Origin: Clostridia bacterium
Lineage (GTDB): Bacteria > CBDUZB01 > JAGLHV01
Length of the DNA stretch: 53,131 nucleotides
Direction: 5' to 3'
NCBI GenBank assembly: GCA_030637025.1
Contig: DAOVVV010000017.1
Span: 1-53,131 of the forward strand
Position numbers and translations under genes: made by a program. A model generated the notes under the pieces. It was given only the letters and a program-made list of their open reading frames with translations. It searched no databases and was not told the origin of the DNA. How positions within the stretch are numbered: position 1 is the stretch's first letter; each line of letters begins with the position of its first letter. Positions 31,170 through 40,698 of the stretch are shown here, piece by piece.

Positions 31170-31224
31170 TTAGCACTCAAGTAACAAGAGTGCTAATTAT
31201 AGAAAAATATTAAATCTTTGTCAA
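31170..31224 (-). promoter_or_regulatory. CIRCE operator (HrcA) and sigma70 promoter of groESL
   Basis: Perfect TTAGCACTC-N9-GAGTGCTAA at 31170-31196, abutting TTGACA-17-TATAAT (31224-31196). Confidence 0.97.
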
Positions 31225-31451
31225 GATTTTTTTTTAGAGATAATATTTTCAAAAAAACCTGTCATTAAACTATATGCCATTATTACATAATGTCGACGAT
31301 AAACAGATTGCGATTGAAAAACAGAAGGTTGATCAAATTATAAATTTAAAATTTATTGGAAATTCAGTTTAAAAAAGTATAATTAAAAAGAACAAGATGA
31401 ATTGTTTAATAACCAGCTTTGTTTTAGATTTCACAGCCAATCCCTTTCCCT

Positions 31452-32252
31452 TTATTTGACTAGGGCTATTTTACCTTTCTTCTTTTCTCCTGCTTTATTA
31501 GTTATTAAATAGATATATATTCCACTGGCTATCTTTTTCCCTTTTTTATTTCTTACATCCCATTCCGCCATTCCGCCAATTTGTTCTTTTATCACTTTTA
31601 TCAATTTCCCGGAAATGGTATATATTTTTATTGTACTATTCTCGGTTAAATTCATAAATATTATCCGGCTATGACCGGAAGAAGATTTATATGGATTAGG
31701 ATAGGCTTTAGTATACGACAAATTGTCATAAACCTCCGGAGATTGTATTGCTATTGCACCATTTGTACCATTACTGTCGATAATCGCAGCATCTTTATCA
31801 CACATAACTATTTGATTTAATGTTACCGGAGCTACGCCGGGCACAGCTGTAGAAGCAAGCTTAAAAATCAATTGGGCAATTCTTCCCTGACCAATACTAT
31901 TTTGACTTTCTGTTCCTGCTGCATAAACAAGAACCCGTACTTTGCCGGGACTAATAGCACTAAATTCTAATCCTTTTCCTGCTGCTTGCGCCGCTGCTCC
32001 AACCTCTACCCTTTCCAAAATTAAATTACCTGCACTAAAGTTCACATCAAATTGCAATGCAGCAACCTCCTCTCCGCCTCCCGGAGATAAATCAGCGCCA
32101 ATATTAATCTCCGGCGTTTTTCCTAAAATCCCCGTGCCTTCTCCCATAGTAATATTAGCTGCGTTCACCTTGTTAATCCAGACCATCATAAACAAAAAGA
32201 CCATAAAGATTTCTACACTTCGTTTTATTCCCTTTAAAATTGTTTGATTCAT
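31452..32252 (-). CDS. Secreted cohesin-like domain protein with T9SS/FlgD-type C-terminal domain
   Basis: Signal peptide; VAALQFDVNF...IAQLIFKL cohesin-like; KAYPNPY...IKIYTISGKLI...WDVRN...IASGIYIY CTD. Confidence 0.72.
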   Translation of the reverse strand: MNQTILKGIKRSVEIFMVFLFMMVWINKVNAANITMGEGTGILGKTPEINIGADLSPGGGEEVAALQFDVNFSAGNLILERVEVGAAAQAAGKGLEFSAISPGKVRVLVYAAGTESQNSIGQGRIAQLIFKLASTAVPGVAPVTLNQIVMCDKDAAIIDSNGTNGAIAIQSPEVYDNLSYTKAYPNPYKSSSGHSRIIFMNLTENSTIKIYTISGKLIKVIKEQIGGMAEWDVRNKKGKKIASGIYIYLITNKAGEKKKGKIALVK

Positions 32253-32295
32253 TTTATTGATCCTTTTATACTCCTTTATATTTAATTCCTAATTA

Positions 32296-33588
32296 TTACT
32301 TTTTTAATTTATTTTCTGCTTTCTTCTTTAATTTTTTAGCACTTTTATGCGTAGGTCTTAATTTTAAAATTGCTTCCATTTGAAATATTGCCTGCATATA
32401 TTTACCGCTTTTATAATATTCAACCCCTTCTCGATAAAATATCCTTATTATCGCTGCTTTTTCTAATTTTTTTGCTTTTTGGTGAGCGGGATTTAACTTT
32501 AAAACCTTCTTCAGCTGTTTAAGCGTTTGTTTATATTTTTTTTGCTTATATAATTCCAGACCCTGGACGTAATATTTTTCTGCTTTTTTAATTATTACTT
32601 TTTTCTCTTTTTTACTTATTTTTTTTACTTTTTCAATTTTTTCTGTTTCCCCCCCAAACTTCGTTCCCAGAGAAATACGATGGGTATCTCCCAAATCCCC
32701 ATAAGGCACCCAGGCATAATTAACCTCCAGGCCATGCAAGATAAATCCCATTCCACCGGAAAATCCGGAAAAAGCATCTAGATCTTCAGTGGTATTAGTT
32801 TTATATCCTACCCGGCAAGCAATGGGAAAATTTTCAATTCCTTTGAAAGAATATTCACTTCCCACACGAAAACTGATATCTTCATCGACAGGAGCTACAG
32901 TATCTAAAGAAAGAATTATCTTTTCATTCAATTTATAACCCACTCCTAATCTTATTGTCATCGGTAAAGGAGCACTCTCTTCGATAAATGTTATCTCCGG
33001 CCCAAGGTTTTGCACTGCTAATCCCAACTGCATCTTGTCCTCTAAAAATTTATGCATCAGGCCTAAATCAACTGCATATCCTGTAGCCGATTCATCCCCT
33101 ATTTCCTGTTTAATAAACTTTAGATTTATTCCGCTTTTTACCTGCCCAAACTCTCGAGCATACGCAACATTTATTGCTGCATCATAAGGACTGAATGTCC
33201 CTTCTTTCTCTCCATATTCATTCATTTTATCAATTCCGGACATTGAGAGATAATTAAGGCTTGTTCCTATAACCCCTCCTAAAAACGGTTGGGCAAAAGC
33301 AACATAATCATAATTCATCTCTTCCAGCCATACTGTATGCATCGCGTAAACATGGATATTGTCCACATAATTCAAACCTGCCGGATTCCAATAAATAGCA
33401 TTCACATCATCCGCTACCCCGCTATAAGCTTCTCCCATTCCAATGGCTCTTACTCCACATCCTATCTTTAAAAACTGTGCCCCGGCTGTCCCTTCTTCCC
33501 CTCCTGCTGCATAAGCAGTTGCAGATAAAAAACAAATACTTACCAATAATAATAAACCTACCTTAATTTTATTTATTTTCTTACTCAT
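32296..33588 (-). CDS. PorV/PorQ-family barrel with C-terminal TPRs
   Basis: FLKIGCGVRAIGMGEAY..DDVNAIYWNPAGL; YAWVPYGDLGDTHRISL; two TPR-like repeats. Confidence 0.85.
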   Translation of the reverse strand: MSKKINKIKVGLLLLVSICFLSATAYAAGGEEGTAGAQFLKIGCGVRAIGMGEAYSGVADDVNAIYWNPAGLNYVDNIHVYAMHTVWLEEMNYDYVAFAQPFLGGVIGTSLNYLSMSGIDKMNEYGEKEGTFSPYDAAINVAYAREFGQVKSGINLKFIKQEIGDESATGYAVDLGLMHKFLEDKMQLGLAVQNLGPEITFIEESAPLPMTIRLGVGYKLNEKIILSLDTVAPVDEDISFRVGSEYSFKGIENFPIACRVGYKTNTTEDLDAFSGFSGGMGFILHGLEVNYAWVPYGDLGDTHRISLGTKFGGETEKIEKVKKISKKEKKVIIKKAEKYYVQGLELYKQKKYKQTLKQLKKVLKLNPAHQKAKKLEKAAIIRIFYREGVEYYKSGKYMQAIFQMEAILKLRPTHKSAKKLKKKAENKLKK

Positions 33589-33625
33589 ACTTCCCTCCTG
33601 TTTTTATTTATGTTAAACTCCATGG

Positions 33626-36600
33626 TTATTTAATTATAGCTATCTTTCCGGATTTTTTATTGCCCTTTTCATCAACAATAACATAAATATATATCCCGCT
33701 GGCTATTTCTTTACCATCTTCGTTTTTTACATCCCAAAACACCCTTCCCTCGGCACCAACATCTATTTCTTTTACCAATTGGCCACTCAATGTATATATC
33801 TTTATCTTTGAACCTTCGGTTAAAAAATTAAAGATTATTCCCGAAAAAGAATTTCCTTTGTATGGATTAGGATATGCCTTTACCTGAGAAAGATCTTCGG
33901 TAAAAGTAATTTCGGATTGTTCAATAATAAAAGAATAAGCATGTTGAGGCATTACATTAACCGGATCAGCTAAATCACAGGCATCTATAGTTACATTAAT
34001 TTTCTGTCCATAAGAAAAATCCACAAGTGGATTGTAACTTAAAACATATTCTGCCGGGGTACCGGTAATGGAGGGAACGATCGTTATTCCTTCCACTGTC
34101 ATCACTATAGAATCAATGTTTACTCCCGCCTCATTATCCCCAACAGAAACGATAATGTTAGTATCTATAGGAACTTCTGTAGCATTCCTTGCCGGATTAT
34201 GCCCGGTCACTATCGGGGGAAAAACATCTTCTGTCATCACTCCTATTCCTCCATATGCACCCATATCATTCCTGGTTCCGTCCGAATCATTATATTGAGT
34301 ATCGGGATCACCGGCATCAATACAGGGAGAACCTGCTCCAAGGCGATAATCCTCACCAGGTGGATTAAAAAATAGCGGATCAGCAGAAATATCCTCTGTT
34401 CCGGCAGAACATCCTTTATAATTAACCGTATTATTATACAAATTATTATAAGAAATAGAAGAACTTCCATAAATAGCTATCCCTTCATCTAGACAATCAA
34501 CAATGATATTATTTTTAATTATAGAGGAACTGCCATTTCCAACAGCAATTCCATACTTAAACCCGATAATAGTATTATTAATAATCTCCGGGGATGAACT
34601 TAAACTTACTAAAACACCATAATATCCTTCACTGGCAATAAGCAAATTATTTCTTATTACAGTAGATGCATAATTACAATATATATATGTCTGTCCTCTT
34701 TCTCCTTTTATCGTAAATCCTTCTATCACACAATTATCTGCTCCTGTAATAACATATGAGCCAAAGTTCCCAATAATTTTAGTTGTAGTAGTTCTTTCCC
34801 CTTTTACGTTTACTCCTTTTTTTAAGACGATATTTTCCTCATAAATTCCTGCGGATACATAAATAAAATCCCCTGTGTATGACACATCTATTGCTCCCTG
34901 GATAGTGGCATAATCAGCAGGAACATTTATAACTCTTCCTGAGTTTCTTATTGTAAAATAATAGCTATCCTGCGTCATTACATTGCCAACTATGTCCTGG
35001 CAATCAATAGTTACATTGACCACCTGTCCATAACTAAAATCCACCGAAGAATCATAAGTAAACATATAATCGGTGTCATTCCCGGAATAAGGCGGTTCTA
35101 CAACAGTAACATCAGTATATGCTCCCGGATTACTACCATCATATACTGTTGTCCCTTCCACCGTTATTATCACAGATGATAAATCAACCCCTGCAAAATT
35201 ATCCTTAACCGTTACCAAAATATTAGTGTCCTGAATGTTTTCAATACTATTTTTAGCCGGCGAATGATTTAAAGTATTTGGAGGAGTAGTATCTAAAATT
35301 ACATTTATATTTACCGCTGAAGAATCTCTGTTGAAATATTCATCTTCCGTAGCTACTACTACAGAATTATTCCCCTCAACCAAACTTAAACCACCGGCAC
35401 TCCAGGTACTATAGCCATCCGTAGTTGTTGCTTCTATTCCGTTTACTTCTACTGAAACAATCGTACTTTCATTAGCATCGGATGCTGTTCCGCTTACTGT
35501 AATAGGAGAAGAACTTACTATCTGGTCATTCGTGTGTGAAGTAATAGTTGCTGTGGGAGCAATAGTATCTTCTGCCCCAATAATGGTAAAGGAATAAACT
35601 TCCTGAGTCATGACATTAAACGGTTCAGCTAAATCAGCAGCGTCTATGGTTACATTCACTTCCTGTTCCATATTAAAATCTACCGGGGGATCATAAGTTA
35701 AAACATATTCCACTGACATACCGGTAACTGAGGGAACAACTATCGCTCCTTCAACAGTCATTACTAACGAATCAATATCCACCCCTAATCCGGGATCTTT
35801 AATATGAACAACAATATTGGTATCCACAGCTACTGCCGTAGCACTTTTTGCCGGAGTATGCCCGATTGTTTCCGGCGGAAAAATATCTTCTGAATTAGGG
35901 CCTCCGTACGCTCCCATATCATTTCTGGTTCCATCCGGGTCATTATATTGAGCAAGCGGATTTCCGGCATCAATACAAAGAGAACCTGTTTGCAAGTGAT
36001 AATCATTCCCTGCTGAATTAACAAATAAAGGGTTAACAGAAATCTCCCCTACTCCCAGGGTAACTTCATCATAATTAGTCTCATTACCATATACATCATT
36101 GTAGTTACAAACAACCTCACCAGAAGTACTTGATCCACTAATTCCTATATGAGTATTGTTGACTATAATGTTGTTTTCTATTATGGGAGTACTAAAATTA
36201 TGATAAGAAATGCCAATTTGGTTTTTAACGATAGTGTTATTTCTTATGATCGGATTGGATATTGAATTCCAGGTGCTAATTCCTCGCCAGCTATTATTGT
36301 AAATAACATTATTCTCAATCAAGGGCGAATCAAAACCGATAGATAGACCATATCTACGGTGCCCATAAATTACATTATTAATGGCAGAAGAAGTATTGGA
36401 CTGACCGCTAAAATCAATCCCATAATAACTTCCTGTGTGAATAATATTATCCCTTATACTCACTCCGGAACTAACACAATAAATTCCTGCCACCTCCGAC
36501 GTATTTCCGGTATATTCTCCGGTAAACCCATTAATAATCGAAAATCCTTTGATTTTCGAATTGGACGACATATATATTACCGGACCTTTACCCCCTCCAT

Positions 36601-36835
36601 CAATAGTAGTTACCTCTGCCCCGGCACCTTCAACTGTTACACCCCATTTCATGGTTATATTTTCCACATAAGTTCCCGAGGACACCTGAACAGTATCTCC
36701 GGAACCGGCCGCATCTATCCCGGACTGAATAGTGGCATAGTCAGCAGGAACATTGATTGTTGCCGCTAAAACAGGAAAAGAGCAAAACCCTATTATTATC
36801 CCGGAAATTATCCCTAAAAAAATCATCTTTTTCAT
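33626..36835 (-). CDS. Large secreted protein: two right-handed beta-helix (NosD/DUF1565-like) modules, Ig-like domains, T9SS/FlgD-type CTD
   Basis: Duplicated INVPADYATIQ...CIDAG...DGTRNDMGAYGG modules; CTD KAYPNPY...IKIYTLSGQLV...IASGIYIY. Confidence 0.82.
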   Translation of the reverse strand: MKKMIFLGIISGIIIGFCSFPVLAATINVPADYATIQSGIDAAGSGDTVQVSSGTYVENITMKWGVTVEGAGAEVTTIDGGGKGPVIYMSSNSKIKGFSIINGFTGEYTGNTSEVAGIYCVSSGVSIRDNIIHTGSYYGIDFSGQSNTSSAINNVIYGHRRYGLSIGFDSPLIENNVIYNNSWRGISTWNSISNPIIRNNTIVKNQIGISYHNFSTPIIENNIIVNNTHIGISGSSTSGEVVCNYNDVYGNETNYDEVTLGVGEISVNPLFVNSAGNDYHLQTGSLCIDAGNPLAQYNDPDGTRNDMGAYGGPNSEDIFPPETIGHTPAKSATAVAVDTNIVVHIKDPGLGVDIDSLVMTVEGAIVVPSVTGMSVEYVLTYDPPVDFNMEQEVNVTIDAADLAEPFNVMTQEVYSFTIIGAEDTIAPTATITSHTNDQIVSSSPITVSGTASDANESTIVSVEVNGIEATTTDGYSTWSAGGLSLVEGNNSVVVATEDEYFNRDSSAVNINVILDTTPPNTLNHSPAKNSIENIQDTNILVTVKDNFAGVDLSSVIITVEGTTVYDGSNPGAYTDVTVVEPPYSGNDTDYMFTYDSSVDFSYGQVVNVTIDCQDIVGNVMTQDSYYFTIRNSGRVINVPADYATIQGAIDVSYTGDFIYVSAGIYEENIVLKKGVNVKGERTTTTKIIGNFGSYVITGADNCVIEGFTIKGERGQTYIYCNYASTVIRNNLLIASEGYYGVLVSLSSSPEIINNTIIGFKYGIAVGNGSSSIIKNNIIVDCLDEGIAIYGSSSISYNNLYNNTVNYKGCSAGTEDISADPLFFNPPGEDYRLGAGSPCIDAGDPDTQYNDSDGTRNDMGAYGGIGVMTEDVFPPIVTGHNPARNATEVPIDTNIIVSVGDNEAGVNIDSIVMTVEGITIVPSITGTPAEYVLSYNPLVDFSYGQKINVTIDACDLADPVNVMPQHAYSFIIEQSEITFTEDLSQVKAYPNPYKGNSFSGIIFNFLTEGSKIKIYTLSGQLVKEIDVGAEGRVFWDVKNEDGKEIASGIYIYVIVDEKGNKKSGKIAIIK

Positions 36836-36877
36836 TTTCTAATCCTCCCCCTTTTTGAATAATTGTCACTTAAATAT

Positions 36878-36920
36878 AAAAAACCGGGCCATCCCAAACA
36901 TTTTGATGTTGGTAACCCGG
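36878..36920 (-). terminator. Intrinsic terminator overlapping the 3' end of aptamer 4
   Basis: CCGGGTTACCAACA...TGTTTGGGATGGCCCGG followed by T6. Confidence 0.72.
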
Positions 36921-37068
36921 CCATCCGCCATTAGCGGACCACGTAGTTTTGCCTGTCTAATTTTTTACCTTTTGACAGACCCGACCACCACAAAAAGAAT
37001 TTTTTCATTAAATCTTTTTGATCCGGCAGACGAGCGTCCCCCAATCACTCGAGGTTTGCCTTTTCAAT
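36908..37068 (-). ncRNA. c-di-GMP-I-like riboswitch 4, split by 83 nt (or a degenerate tandem)
   Basis: P2 GGCAAACCTCGA-GTGA-TTGGGGGACGC, then 83 nt (37033-36951), then P3 AAAACTACGTGGTCCGC...GCGGATGGCCGGGTTACC. Confidence 0.7.
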
Positions 37069-37302
37069 ATCTATTATCTTTTTTACTATATTTTATACTA
37101 CAATTATATCACAAATTTACTAATTTATCTATGTGTTTTCTATCACATTATAAAAAACCCACTCTATCCCGGAACAATCCCCTCCTCTCCGTTATGCTCT
37201 TATATTGTCCCTAAATATAAAAAGATTTCGTGTTTTCCTTATAAACTTATTTATGCTTTTATGTATCTTCCCTAAAACTAAAATACTAAAATTCCTTCCG
37301 GC

Positions 37303-37953
37303 TTATTTTTCGAGTGGTTTGTGACAAAACCACCAGTCATATCCTTCAAATTCCTTTAGCCTTTTTTGGGCAGTTTGTTCATCTTTTGCCGGTGGAACAA
37401 TAATACGGTCACCTATCAACTCATTATTCGGCCATCCTGCCGGCACAGCACCTTGTTTATCTGATATTTGAAGTGCTTTAACTGCTCGAACAACTTCATC
37501 CATATTTCGGCCGACTTCCTGCGGATAGTACATTATCAAACGAACTTTACTCTCAGGATCAACGATAAATACTGCCCGGACAGTGTTTGTCCCTTTCCCC
37601 GGGTGCAACATGCCAAGTTTTAAGGCAACGGAATCATTTGCTGCAACAATCGGAAATTTAATCTCAACATCTAGTTTTTCTTTTATCCATTGAACCCATT
37701 TGATATGAGAAAAGACCTGATCGATGGACATCCCAATTAATTGACATTTAAGCTTATTAAATTCCTCGTATCTCTTTTGAAATGCAACAAATTCTGTTGT
37801 GCAAACCGGAGTAAAATCCGCAGGATGACTAAACAGCACAAACCATTTCCCTTTCAGATCACCCGGGATATTCATTGGCCCGTGTGTCGTTTGAACCTTC
37901 AGTTCCGGAAAGTCATCCCCCAATAACGGCATGTTGATTTTTGTTTCTTCCAT
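37303..37953 (-). CDS. Peroxiredoxin (Prx6/archaeal-type)
   Basis: [24 protein letters not shown]-terminal DWWFC. Confidence 0.95.
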   Translation of the reverse strand: MEETKINMPLLGDDFPELKVQTTHGPMNIPGDLKGKWFVLFSHPADFTPVCTTEFVAFQKRYEEFNKLKCQLIGMSIDQVFSHIKWVQWIKEKLDVEIKFPIVAANDSVALKLGMLHPGKGTNTVRAVFIVDPESKVRLIMYYPQEVGRNMDEVVRAVKALQISDKQGAVPAGWPNNELIGDRIIVPPAKDEQTAQKRLKEFEGYDWWFCHKPLEK

Positions 37954-37988
37954 TTCGTTCTTCCTCCCTTTTGTTAATTATTTATTAT

Positions 37989-38062
37989 GCCTAACGACCA
38001 AAATCAGCAGTTTTTCCAACGGCAAAGACCCGGAAAAAGTCCGTTGTGTTGAGTGGTTAAGC
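37989..38062 (-). mobile_element. Solo integron attC site
   Basis: Minus (top) strand GCTTAAC-5nt-AACACAACGGAC-TTTTTCC..GGAAAAA-CTGCTGATT-6nt-GTTAGGC; an upstream ORF remnant stops at the TAA inside R''. Confidence 0.75.
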
Positions 38063-38158
38063 CGTTTTATGTCCACCAGAATAATTCCCATTCTTTCTTG
38101 CTTTTCCCTTAGATGTTTTTTATGTATTGTTTTATATCCAAAAATGCGTAGTTAAAAA

Positions 38159-38460
38159 TCAACTGATAAATTCAATATAATTATTCGGTGATATTAGATG
38201 ATACTCGGATTTTTTGTACGTTTTACACCATTCTTTTGGTGATTTTAGTTTTTTATCCTGCCACTTTATTCAATAACCAAACAAATTCCCGTCAACTTCC
38301 TCAATAAAATATTGTTCTTTTACGTCTTTGTCTTTTAAAAATTGCTTTAGAAAAGTAGTCTTACCACATCTTCTTGGCCCATAAACAAGTACTACCTCTT
38401 CCAGACCAAGAAACTTATGAATATTTTTTAATTGATATTGTGGGATATAAATAAATTCAC
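38159..38460 (-). pseudogene. Internally deleted AAA+ ATPase/DUF4143 (COG1373-like) relic
   Basis: Manual translation: VVLVYGPRRCGKTT (Walker A) joined almost directly to the C-terminal IEEVDGNLFGY*IKW, with an in-frame stop. Confidence 0.75.
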
Positions 38461-38596
38461 CGTATTTATTATAATTGAGTCACTTAACTGACCAAATTAT
38501 ATAATATTTATCCGATTTTGTCAGTCTATTTGTTACTATAATCGGCAGGGGTCACAATTAATGTCGTATGTCCTCTAAAACATAAACTAAAACTAA

Positions 38597-38863
38597 TTAT
38601 TCATAATGTGTCCACATACGAATAATTTTTATCTTTTTATATTGCTTTATAACTTGATATATCAGTCGATGTTGAATATTTATTCTGCGAGAATAAGCTC
38701 CTTCGAGATCACCTACTAATTTTTCTAACGGAGGGGGAATTTGAAAAGGGTTTTTTTCTAATATTTCAAGAAGAATTTCTGCTTTTTGACGTAATCCTGC
38801 ATGAGAAAGTTTTTTTGCGTCTTTTTGTGCTTGTTTTGTATAAACCAGTTTCCACTTTACCAT
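38597..38863 (-). CDS. yoeB: Txe/YoeB family toxin
   Basis: EKLVGDLEGAYSRRINIQHRLIY...MWTHYE; overlaps the antitoxin stop. Confidence 0.93.
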   Translation of the reverse strand: MVKWKLVYTKQAQKDAKKLSHAGLRQKAEILLEILEKNPFQIPPPLEKLVGDLEGAYSRRINIQHRLIYQVIKQYKKIKIIRMWTHYE

Positions 38864-39099
38864 TTTAACTTTTTATCGCATTTCTTAAGAGGAGTTTTTA
38901 ATCCTTTGATAATAGATTTTCTCATTCCCGGAATGGAAAGCAGATATAGGGTTTCATTGATTGCAAGCCAATCCTCTTCCGCAATTAAAACAGCATTATG
39001 TCTTTTTCCGGTAATTTGTATTGGCTTATGCGCTTCAGCTACTTTATCTAACAACTTATATAAATTTGCTCTTGCTTCACTAGCTGTAAGTACTGTCAT
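38857..39099 (-). CDS. yefM: Phd/YefM family antitoxin
   Basis: SEARANLYKLLDKV...AVLIAEEDW...ETLYLLS. Confidence 0.93.
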   Translation of the reverse strand: MTVLTASEARANLYKLLDKVAEAHKPIQITGKRHNAVLIAEEDWLAINETLYLLSIPGMRKSIIKGLKTPLKKCDKKLKW

Positions 39100-39119
39100 T
39101 TTAATTACCTCCTATTTAA

Positions 39120-39148
39120 AGCGTACCATATTATGTACGTAATGTCAA
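39120..39148 (-). promoter_or_regulatory. yefM-yoeB promoter with GTAC-core operator palindrome
   Basis: TTGACA-17-TACGCT overlapped by CGTAC-N8-GTACG. Confidence 0.65.
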
Positions 39149-39267
39149 GCAACAATTTTAATTTGTCTTCGCATTTTTTCCGCAATTTTGCCATCATCCA
39201 CATAAAAGTCTCCTTTTAAACTTCTCCTTCTTCCGTTTTCCATCATTTTATAAGTCTTTTCTTTTTT

Positions 39268-39738
39268 TCATTTCAGAGAATATAACCCCGCTTTTTCAAA
39301 TAAATTTTCTTGATATTCTTTAGTCCAATCCGTAGATTTATCTTCCGAAAAAACATCAAAAATATTATCGTAATTTGTAATTACTTCATCTATTGAGTTT
39401 TCAAATGCAGAAAATCTTTGGCTGCAATCCCCTATTCCTTCCGCATAAATTACTAATGGATAAATTCCATTCGATTGATCTACTACGACAAACCCTAAAT
39501 CTTCTTTTAACGGAAAAATTTCGAGAAACCATTCCTTTTTAAAATGTGCTTTATTCTCAATACTGCTCTTCAACTCTCTCAAAGTTTTTATTCCTGAATT
39601 TTTATCAAAGCCAGTTGAATCAAGATAACGCCTTAGAGAATAACAAATCACATATCTATAACATACGGGATAATCCTGTTTTTCATCTTTTCCCAAAAAC
39701 CACTCATTTTCTTTCAAAATTTTCAAATTTCTTGGCAT
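39268..39738 (-). CDS. Hypothetical protein
   Basis: 156-aa ORF with GGGGGGAG RBS; no motif recognised. Confidence 0.6.
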   Translation of the reverse strand: MPRNLKILKENEWFLGKDEKQDYPVCYRYVICYSLRRYLDSTGFDKNSGIKTLRELKSSIENKAHFKKEWFLEIFPLKEDLGFVVVDQSNGIYPLVIYAEGIGDCSQRFSAFENSIDEVITNYDNIFDVFSEDKSTDWTKEYQENLFEKAGLYSLK

Positions 39739-39831
39739 CTCCCCCCCCTTTTTTATTTATACTTTTTTTCTGCGTCCTTATAATTTTATTTTTAACATTA
39801 CCGTTTTTTTTAACCAGGACATGAATAAGAA

Positions 39832-40698
39832 TTAAATGGTTTTAATTTTATCGCAAATAACCCGAAAATATTTTTCCGACCAAAGCTTAAGAGATGAAGT
39901 ATCTTTTAGAAAATTTTCAACATCTTCTTTAGCCTTATCAAAATCCGTAGTCTTGATTTTTTCTAAAAGCATTCTTTTTAGTGTTTCTTCATTTAAACAT
40001 GCACTCTTTTTTAAAAATCCTGTCTGTTTCATCCTATTTTCAAGATGTTTCAAACGAACCGCTATATCTCTTCCCACAAACCATACCATATCATACCAAT
40101 CTCTTCCTTTTACCCTATTCCCCCATGACCTGCATAAGACCGCATGTAATTTCCCTGCAAAAAGATCAGGCTGAACATAAGTATTAACTGAAAAAGGTAC
40201 CGGATGAAAAAGGTATTTGGCTTCCACCTGAAATCCTTGCGGAGGATTTACATCAACTTCTATTTTTATTTTTAGTATTTTTCCCGGATGTATTCTTTTA
40301 GTTGCAGATTTGGGGATATCAATCATAATCATATTTTGTAATGTCCCCGTCTTAATAAAGGCAGAATCGATATTCGTTTGTATTTTTTTTTTCTTCTCGT
40401 CAATAGTTACAGAAAATCCAAAGCTCTTCAATTCGTTTTTAACGGCCTTACAATAACTCATTAATGAAAATTTTTTATTTCTCTTCAGAAGTGAAAAATC
40501 CATGTCCTCAGAAAATCGATCAAGTCCGTATAGTATTCTTAACGCCGATTCTCCGTAAAAACAAGCTTTCTCGAAAAATTTCGAACGCCAAAAACCAAGT
40601 AATGCTATCTCCTGAATTATTTCTTTCAAAGCATTTTCATAATCATCCGTGCCTCGACAGTTATACCGGGACAACATTATTCTTATAGCATCATTCAT
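39832..40698 (-). CDS. abiEii: AbiEii-family nucleotidyltransferase toxin (type IV TA)
   Basis: FYGESALRILYGLDRFSEDMDFS, KLHAVLCR...KGRDWYD. Confidence 0.9.
   Translation of the reverse strand: MNDAIRIMLSRYNCRGTDDYENALKEIIQEIALLGFWRSKFFEKACFYGESALRILYGLDRFSEDMDFSLLKRNKKFSLMSYCKAVKNELKSFGFSVTIDEKKKKIQTNIDSAFIKTGTLQNMIMIDIPKSATKRIHPGKILKIKIEVDVNPPQGFQVEAKYLFHPVPFSVNTYVQPDLFAGKLHAVLCRSWGNRVKGRDWYDMVWFVGRDIAVRLKHLENRMKQTGFLKKSACLNEETLKRMLLEKIKTTDFDKAKEDVENFLKDTSSLKLWSEKYFRVICDKIKTI

Noticed and set aside
36951-37033. Self-cleaving ribozyme or second known aptamer in the riboswitch insert
   Set aside because: No hammerhead, pistol, twister, ZTP, guanidine or fluoride consensus recognised by eye; a degenerate GEMM half explains it better.
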